Positions 55,335 through 64,000 of a DNA stretch of 64,000 nucleotides are shown here, piece after piece; the stretch's first letter is position 1; every line of letters begins with the position of its first letter. The translations under genes were made by a program, and so were the position numbers. The stretch covers positions 106,020,001 to 106,084,000 of the forward strand of contig OX597814.1 in the NCBI GenBank assembly GCA_951406725.2, written 5' to 3'. Under the pieces are notes generated by a model that saw only the letters and a program-made list of their open reading frames with translations, was not told the DNA's origin and searched no databases. Origin of the DNA: Octopus vulgaris (taxonomy: Eukaryota).

Positions 55335-55636
55335 CGTGTGTGTATGTGTGCGTTTCCTTACACACACACATACACACACGCGCATGTATATGTATTTGTC
55401 TCTTCTTGCTCGAAGACCTGGGTCTTGTTTTTCGTCGCTTCTTTGAAAGTGGAGTTGATGGGTCTAAATAACAACAGTGACATCTGCTGCTAATGATGGT
55501 GGTGTGTTTTGAGGGAGAACAGGTTGTTGTTTCTATCAGACCTGACGAGTGCATAGAAGCTGCTCTTAATTTTGACGCTCTCGGTTTCCACAATCGGGTT
55601 CTATCCCAACCGTAACACATATTTTTGAATGTCCCG

Positions 55637-55890
55637 AAAATTCGCCGTAAGAACTTTTGCCATATAAGAAACTTCACCACACGACAAACTCTTCTATGGT
55701 CAATGATAAGCATATATTTTGTCAGCCTTTTCTAAGATAAAAAAGAAGGATAAAATGTTCAATAAAAACATTAAATAAGTCTTTATTCAATGTCAACCAT
55801 TAAAAATAAACCTGATGAAGTTATTTAAAACGAAATTTCTTACGGCAAATTTCCTACGGCAAAAATATTTATGGTGAAGTTTCCTATAAC
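55637..55890. repeat. Inverted arrays of about 15-bp repeats (foldback/MITE-like remnant)
   Basis: The right side gaaatttcttacggc/aaatttcctacggc/aaaaatatttatggt is mirrored on the left by gaaaattcgccgtaagaa...aagaaacttcacca. Confidence 0.5.
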
Positions 55891-56859
55891 TATGTTTTGC
55901 TTCCAATTAAAGTGACAAAATCAAGTTTTAAAAATTCCAATGCAATACAATCTTGTTGTGCCTCACAGTCAGCTCCAGAACCGAACGCCGGCATCTAATC
56001 CATTTGATAATGGTACACCACATTTTCTTTATTTTCTGATCTGAGAAGGAAATAATAGGCATCAATAATGGATATTTTAAACACCTGTTTCATATAGTTG
56101 TATTGTAATGAATGTATGTTACATTTGTGATATGATATGACTCTGTTTATTGTTGTCATTCATGTATTCAAGGTTTGTGTTGTTTGTTTGTTTTTGTTTT
56201 GTTTGTTTTTTTTGTATTGCTCCACGTTTTTCGTTGTGTTTGAATAGAATGGAAAATATATTGCTTTGAAGTAAATTGAAGAGAATTCAACTTGCTGCTC
56301 GATATTTCATTGCTGACAAACAGTCATTCTTTGTATTCCATTAGCAGTTACTGCACCTCCACCCCCACACAAACACGCACATACACACACATACAAAAAC
56401 ATACACACAAGCACACACTCACGCAGGCATGAACTCACTCACACACCACCATTTTCGTAGGAGTTTGTATGAATGTTGGATATTAAAAACAAAATGGTTA
56501 GTGCATTTGGATATTGTTCTGTTAGTTTCAGAATGAAATAAGCTTTCACGCCGAGTTATTTATCAAGACACACCATGTTATATATCTTGAAGTGTGTGTG
56601 TGGTGGGAGGGCACCAATGCAGTGTTGCGAATGAACAAACATTTAGAGCTGTTAAGATATGTTTGGTACATATTGGACTTGAACAAAGGCTGGATCCACT
56701 ATTATTTGCTTTTGAAAATATTTCTCGCTACAAGCAACAGGTGGTGAAGAAAAAAGTCAAGAATTTCAACAGCAATTGCTTGAAGCAAAAAAGGATTCTT
56801 CATGGCAAACATGATAAATATTTTACCCCCATGTAATATAGACTCACAGGACTGGTCCC

Positions 56860-57046
56860 CAGCCTCTGTAGCGCATATATTCCCCTATAGACGGGATGCC
56901 GTTCTGATGCAGGATTACTCAATTTTGTCAGCTGAGCAACGTGAAAGGAAGTGTTTTCCTCAAGAATACAACAGCCGATCCAGGAATCGAAACCATAATC
57001 TTACGATCATAAATCCAGCAAGCTAACTACTGAGCCACCCGCCTCC
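56860..57046 (-). mobile_element. tRNA-derived SINE family E (V-domain-like middle)
   Basis: The minus strand reads ggaggcgggtggctcagtagtt (A box), ggttcgattcc (B box), then tgttgtattcttgaggaaaacactt. Confidence 0.6.
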
Positions 57047-57163
57047 ACATAGCAAAGTAGTCGTAAATATGGCCTTTATACAGGTCAAGTATGTCGCAAA
57101 TATATTTGAGCTGATCTTAATGTTAGGTTATACAAACATACATGCATACACACGTACACAAAA

Positions 57164-57212
<49 letters not shown>

Positions 57213-57259
57213 GGAATTATTGCTTTGTCTTGTCTATTCGCACCATCATTGCTGAGTAT

Positions 57260-57770
57260 TGGAGGCCATAGACATTTACAGTATTTCGCTCGCCCTCAAT
57301 TTCTGTTTCTGACCATGCTTGTGCATTTGGTCAGAGGTTTTCCAATCTATTCTTTGATGTCGTCAAGCCAGTGTCTTTTCGGCCGCCTCCCTTTCTTTTT
57401 TCCCATGGACTCTGCCCTCTAGGATATCGTTACTGATTACCATTTGTAAATCTTGTAACGAGAGATATTCAGCAAAAAGTATTTATTCTGTGCTGAAGGG
57501 GATTAACCCGGAAATCGCGATACACAGATATTGCTTTTAGTTTAGTGGGGGTGCTAGATTCCCTTGTTCGAAAATATAAGGACACAGATCGTGTCGTATA
57601 ACCAGCTGGAGACGATGTTTCCTAGGGCTAAATTACAGCAACATTCGTCCTATACCAGGACTGCCATTATATGTTGGCTAATACTCTTTACTCCATCGTT
57701 ACTGATATTCTGGGTCTTGTTGATGCACCAAAACACTACCACGTTCTCTTTCCTGACACTTGTCAAAAAA
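57260..57770 (-). mobile_element. RTE-clade LINE 3' fragment
   Basis: ILEGRVHGKKKGRRPKRHWLDDIKE*IG matches the RTE C-terminal G.R.RGRP...W.DDI motif. Confidence 0.65.
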
Positions 57771-57783
57771 TTCCCAGCGCAAT

Positions 57784-57939
57784 GGGTGCAGGCATGGGGT
57801 AAGAAGTTCGTTTCCCAGCTACATGGTTCCGGGTTCAGTCTCACTGCTCAGCTCTTTGGGTAAATGTCTTCCACTATAGCCCCTGGCCGACAAAAGCCTT
57901 GAGAATGTATTTGATAGACGGAACTGAAAGTAGCTCGTC

Positions 57940-57940
<1 letters not shown>
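57784..57940 (+). mobile_element. SINE family A head
   Basis: ggtaagaagttcgtttccc...ggttccgggttcagtc...gacggaactgaaag. Confidence 0.75.
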
Positions 57941-57970
<30 letters not shown>

Positions 57971-58157
57971 TGTATGTATGTATGTATGTATGTATGTATG
58001 TATGTATGCATGCATGCATGTATGTATGTATGTATGTATGTATGTATGTATGTATGTATGTATGTATGTATGTATGTATGCATGCATGTATGTATGTATG
58101 TATGCATATATGTATGTGTGTATGCATGTATGTATGCACGTATGTATGTATGTCATT

Positions 58158-58560
58158 ATTCAATTTATTTTAAGAGTTCTTGCCAATAGAGAAAGAACCG
58201 GTTTCTAACCTAGATCCAAGGTTCTTCATTGGAATTTCGACATCAACAACACGGTATTTTTGTTTGTTTGTTTGTATGTATGTATGTATGTAAGTATGAA
58301 TGTATATGCAGATTTGTATGATTTTGTGTGTATTCGCATGCATATAATTACATACCTAGACATGCTCATATGTATTTAAATGTATATAGGTAAGTATGCA
58401 TGTATGTATGTCTCTTCAATTTTTAATTATTATAGATCTTCCACAGAGGAGGGAGACGGTTTCCAACAGATATACAAGGCTCCATTTTTGGGATGGTGCT
58501 AACGCAGACCAACTCACATTTGGAACTAGAAAAAAGTCTTGCATATTTTTACTGTTCCGT
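58158..58560 (-). mobile_element. Two adjacent R4/Dong-type 3' ends
   Basis: 58158-58400 matches the 3' UTR at 21010-21285. 58415-58560 has GTVKICKTF and a UTR similar to 43835-43910. Confidence 0.7.
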
Positions 58561-58612
58561 ATGTATGTATGCATATGTCTATATATATATGCATGTATAT
58601 ATGTCTGTGTAA

Positions 58613-58687
<75 letters not shown>

Positions 58688-59121
58688 AATACACATACAC
58701 ATACTATCACACAGACACACACGTATATGTACGATGTATGAATACGTGGACAAAAAACGAGGGATCAGCCCAGATGTCGTGCACCCTGTTTTAGGATTCC
58801 ATCAACGGCTTAGAATCGTCTTACGCCGCCCACGCAGACACTGAGGATTAACTAATTATTTCTGAGACCCTCCGTGTGCTGGCTAGACCGATTGGCATAA
58901 GGAATTCATTCTTGTTCGCTAATTCGATCACAAAAAGGCCAGACGATAAAAAGTTTCAATACCATAATTCATTACAGAATATATTTATACTAGCTGACTC
59001 CGTGCCCTAAAAAAAAGACGGCCAATTATAGTGTTTTATATATAAATAAGGTACATCATAATCACACATACAATCATTCATATATTTCTCTATCACACGC
59101 ACACACGCACGTGCTCGCTCG

Positions 59122-59193
<72 letters not shown>

Positions 59194-59823
59194 CGATCAC
59201 ACTTCATTTTTGTATTTGGTTTGCCTGTTTCTTGGTGTCAAATAGTGTGTTGAAACAAGCCTGGTTGTGTCTCGGGCGGGCCATTATGCCAATAATAACA
59301 CAGGCACTGGTATATATATATATATATATATATATCAGATACATACAGTACACAAGTATCGCCGTTGTGGTGCTGGTGCTGCTGCTGCTGCTGCTGTTGA
59401 TCGTCATCATGTATCATCATCATCATATCATCATCACCATCATCATCATCATTATCGTTGTCAATACTGCGTTCTCTTCATACATGTGTTCATATTTCCT
59501 TATCTCTTTCACGCTCAAAATAAAAACCGTGTGCAAAAGAAATATGAGCCTAACCCCTTAACCACCACCCCCACCCTTTCGAAAAGTAAGACAACACTTT
59601 TAACAACCCGCCACACGCAAAAACAAAACAAAAAAACGAACTTGATGAAGATAAATATATATTATAGTTAAGTTACCTTTGATTATTATTGTAGCAAAGC
59701 CAATCTCTGGAGTCGTCTGATACAAGTAACAACTTGCTTAATGTATATATACACATACAGTAAACTTGCCAAGTATATATTCATACAGGAATTTATCACA
59801 ATCGAACGGCTAAGGAATTTATC

Positions 59824-60029
59824 AACCGCAAAATAACATTAATACCGTAAACCAGGAGAAAATTGAAAAATAATATGCACCGTTTATACCGTTTATGGTA
59901 AACTATGATTAAATTAAATCAAGCCAATCCATCATAGGCCCTTTTGATTTAATTTAATATATATGAAACGGTATCGTAGGTAAAGTTTAATTTTCTCCTG
60001 GTTTACGGTATTAATGTTATTTTGCAGTT
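59824..60029. mobile_element. Hairpin MITE-like element
   Basis: gcaaaataacattaataccgtaaaccaggagaaaatt is perfectly inverted at the other end, with inner arms attaaattaaatcaa/ttgatttaatttaat. Confidence 0.85.
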
Positions 60030-60188
60030 AAAGCTTTTGGCTGTTATTTCTAGTGGGTGAATGGCCTATTATGGCCGTTCCTTGATTGTGATGTTGAACG
60101 TAAAAATGGTTTATGACTATTTAATTTTTTCCTACTAGGCCGCTGGTGGCAAAAGAATTCTACAAAATTTTTTTGCCACCTATATTGA

Positions 60189-60232
<44 letters not shown>

Positions 60233-60248
60233 ATAGAAGTCTACAGGA

Positions 60249-60288
60249 CTAGAACTGTTTCATTCAAAAGAAATCATCAGGAAGCTAG
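60249..60288 (-). ncRNA. Hammerhead-like motif at the presumed PLE 3' terminus
   Basis: CUAG-CUUC-CUGAUGA-UUUCUUUUGAAU-GAAAC-A-GU-U-CUAG. Both core boxes are intact, stem II is weak, and stem I needs a 4-nt bulge. Confidence 0.5.
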
Positions 60289-60517
60289 GTGATAAGAGTA
60301 GTTTTGGCATTTATACATTTAGGCAGGTTTAAAGGGTGGTGGTGGGGGACTTTTTGGGTTAGGCATGATGCAAACTATCATTCTTAGGGGAGTGGTCAAA
60401 GGAATCGGTGGTAAAGTAGATAAAAGAATAAATAAAAGAATAAAATAATAAATAGAAAAATAGAGTTTTAGGTAAATAAGGAGACTCTCACTTATACATA
60501 TACATATATATACATAT

Positions 60518-60564
<47 letters not shown>

Positions 60565-60922
60565 CATGTACATATACACATACACACACACATACACATA
60601 TGTATACATATACATACATACATATACACACACATACATACATAGACATATACATATATACACATACACATACGTACACATACACACAAACACCCATATA
60701 CACATGTACATATGTACCCATATACATGTATCTACGTACACGCCCATACCCATACTCATACATACACTTAAATATGTCTACACACATATATATATAAAAG
60801 GGGATATACACCCCCATACACACACGCTCCCATATCCATATATATATATATATACATACACATATATATATACACACCCATATACACATAAATATACATA
60901 CATACACATACATACCTATACA

Positions 60923-60953
<31 letters not shown>

Positions 60954-61433
60954 GCACACGCACATATATATACACACACACACATACATATGCATATACA
61001 TGCACACACATACACACACATTTATTCCCTTATTTTAATTTTATTTTTACTTTTGTTTTTATTTTTATTTTTATCTTGACCTCGGTCAGCCAGCCCGGCG
61101 CTGAAGTGATGTCGTCCCAAGGGATAGTCTAAAGAGTCCATTTATTGCCCTTCTCCCTTCCTTTCTATCTTTCTACTCACTGATACGAACACAAACACTC
61201 ACACACGCACATACACTCACACGTACACTCATACACATACACACACGCACGTGTTATATTCATACATACATACATCTACATACATGCACGTATATACACA
61301 TACGTACACGTACCTAAAGATTCATATCTACACGCATACACATACATACATCTATACACCCACAAAAGACTAGTCCATACATATACACAAATAAATATAT
61401 ATACATATACATATACACATACATACACATACA

Positions 61434-61473
<40 letters not shown>

Positions 61474-62139
61474 CACACATACATACGCGTACGCGCATAC
61501 CTACATATACATACACACATATATACTTACACCAGTCATATACATACCTACATACCCATACATCCATATATCTATACATATACATACACGTATATATACA
61601 CAAGCACATACTAATACAAACGCACACACATCTATCTACATATATAAAAAAGAAACCCAACAAGTCCATACATGTACACACATACACATACATACATGCA
61701 TATACACATATATACCCATACACATATACACATACATACACATACACATATATACACACATGTATATATATACATATATACACATACATATACATACACA
61801 CATGCATACACATACACACACACACGCGCATCTATATATACACATAAGTACATACATGCATAAATGTATACATATGTTTATACATATGCATACACATACA
61901 CACACACGCGCGCCTCCTTATATACATAAATACATACATGCATACAAACATATACATACATACATACATACATACTCAAATAATAAATAATAAATAATAA
62001 ATATATATACAGTTACCCATTATACAGACGGATACATACATATAAACAACACATATATACCTATTTACATATGTATATATGCATACATACATACACACAC
62101 ACATAACACACATACACATATACATAAACACACAAGCGT

Positions 62140-62196
<57 letters not shown>

Positions 62197-62203
62197 CATA
62201 CAC

Positions 62204-62235
<32 letters not shown>

Positions 62236-62409
62236 CCACACACATACACATACACATGTACATACACATACACATACATATACACGCACATACACATATA
62301 TACCTATTTACACATATGTATATATACATACATACATACACATACACATAACTCTACATACCTACATATACATAAACACACAAGCGTACACACATATATA
62401 TATATACAT

Positions 62410-62450
<41 letters not shown>

Positions 62451-62691
62451 TATATATATCCACACACATACACATACACATGTACATACACATGCACATA
62501 CATATACACGCACGTAAATACACGCACTCACATACATGCGTATATTCCTACTAACACCCATACATTTCTATACTTATATACAATACATATATACAAGTGG
62601 ACACATACAATATGTGAATAGTCTTAGGAGAAAAGGTAAGTTGGGGTGCTGGGGGAACGGTGGGGGTGGGGGGTTTGTGGGTGGGGTGTCG

Positions 62692-64000
62692 TCAATTGGG
62701 TTGCCGGGTGGGTCTGTAGTTTTTGTAGTTTCCATAAATTTTATGCATGCAATTTGGGGAGTGTTCCGAGATCTTGTTGAGGAGAGGTCCTTTGGCGAAC
62801 AAGATCTCCAGGCTCTCAGAAATGCAAAGGTCACAGCAGGTATGGCCTCCTGTGTACGAACGCGCCCTCTGTAGTAGTCTCCACTTGATCTTGAAGGGGA
62901 TGGAGTTCCTTTTAAAGTACCAGATGTGGGCGGCGAGGGTAGTTTGGTTGGATTTGTCAGGTCGCCGGAACGAGTTTGTGTGGGCGTACCAGCGAGTCTT
63001 AAAGCTGTTTGACGTCATTCCGATGTACGATTTTCTTTTATCATCGGGGCCTGATCGTACCTCGCATGTGTAGACGAGGTCCTTCTGTAGGCAGTTGTTG
63101 TTGAGGGAGCAAGTGGTTTTATCAGGGCAGTTGCAATTGCTATCGGATGTTGGATGGGCCTCGGAAAAAGTAGATTTATTAAGTTTTTTCATGTTATTGT
63201 TGGCTAGGTTCCTGGCTAGATTGGGCGTGGTAGAGTAGGAGAGTCTAATGGTGTTCTTATTTAGGATTGTATAGTACTTATGTTGGGTGGGGAAGTGTTT
63301 CTGTAGGAGAGTGAAGAAGATTTTAGCTACAGGTGTAGCGACCTCACGGTTGAAGGGGGGGTTGTACCAGCTAATGTGTCTTCGCCTATTTTTCCTGGGT
63401 TGGCATGGGGCTATGCTAGTATAGGTGATCTTATCTTTAAAGCCACTGCGGGCCAGGGCCTCGTTGTAATAGGGGGCTGCGGCATTAAAGATATCTTCAG
63501 TAGCGGACAGGCTAGATATTCTAATTGAGACACTTTTTACTAGGTTGTCTAATATATTTTTGGGGTGGTTGGAATTAATGTCTATATATCTAAGGGATTC
63601 ATTTGGTTTGTGGTACGGGTAATAAAGTGAGGTTTTTAAGTCGAGGGTAACGTCAAGGAAGTTAGCTTTGGTTAAGTTGGATTCTAAGGTAATCCTAAGG
63701 CCTAAGTTTTTAAAAAAAGTGTAAAGATTTTTCCGTGGTCCTGGGGTTTATTTTGTGGAGGGCAAAAAGGCCATCATCGCGGTAAAGACCACCGGAGAGG
63801 CCTGTGAATAGGGTCTTCAGCCTATGGAGGATGAAAAGGCCCACAAGGTCACTTATTTCAGCCGAGTCGCTAGCACCCATGCTGACGTCGAAGGGGGTCA
63901 CAGATTTTTTGTTGATCCAGTGGGATCCGTCGTGGAAAAGAAAAGTCTTACGTGCGTGGAGGATCACATCTTGCTCGGCCTCGGTGATGGTGGAGAACTT
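62692..64000 (-). pseudogene. PLE reverse transcriptase - GIY-YIG endonuclease ORF with one frameshift
   Basis: FDVSMGASDSAEISDLVGL and LYRDDG, then a frameshift near 63730. A stop-free frame follows: NFLDVTLDL, SNHP, WYNPPF, CNC...C...C, LVY...YIG.T...FKTRW..H, CDLC..E, LLN, to the stop at 62692. Confidence 0.9.

Larger units (their letters stand above)
60230..64000 (-). mobile_element. Penelope-like element (Nematis-like), truncated by the window edge
   Basis: The ORF listed below is followed by about 2.4 kb of microsatellite-mosaic 3' region, then a hammerhead-like motif, then (TA)n. The 3' boundary is inferred. Confidence 0.7.

Noticed and set aside
55538-55590. gacctgacgagtgc
   Set aside because: No downstream GAAA or stem II closure.
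55809-55840. ctgatga-a-gtt...aac-gaaa
   Set aside because: Stem I does not form and the GAAA is part of a 15-bp repeat array. Likely chance.

Overview
Eukaryotic, AT-rich, repeat-saturated window with no host gene or exon that I can support. It is probably intronic or intergenic animal DNA. The SINE and repeat repertoire suggests an octopus or related cephalopod, which is an inference from recognition and not from a search. Much of the window is simple repeat: (TA)n, (TG)n, (TACA)n, (GATA)n, (AAT)n and (GAA)n. Most ORFs in the supplied track are microsatellite artefacts. The real coding remnants are all from mobile elements: a nearly intact Penelope-like element (PLE; RT plus C-terminal GIY-YIG, minus strand, running off the right edge), a second PLE 3' end, a 5'-truncated CR1-group LINE, several R4/Dong LINE 3' ends, Tx1/L1 and RTE fragments, and Tc1/mariner and Chapaev-like fragments. 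At least five tRNA-derived SINE families and several hairpin MITE-like elements are also present. The most interesting signals are in RNA structure. Several minimal hammerhead-ribozyme motifs occur, including a family with an A6U core change in three copies and one motif in the tail of a tRNA-headed SINE. There is also a 3' stem-loop shared by a SINE and two LINEs that shows compensatory base changes.
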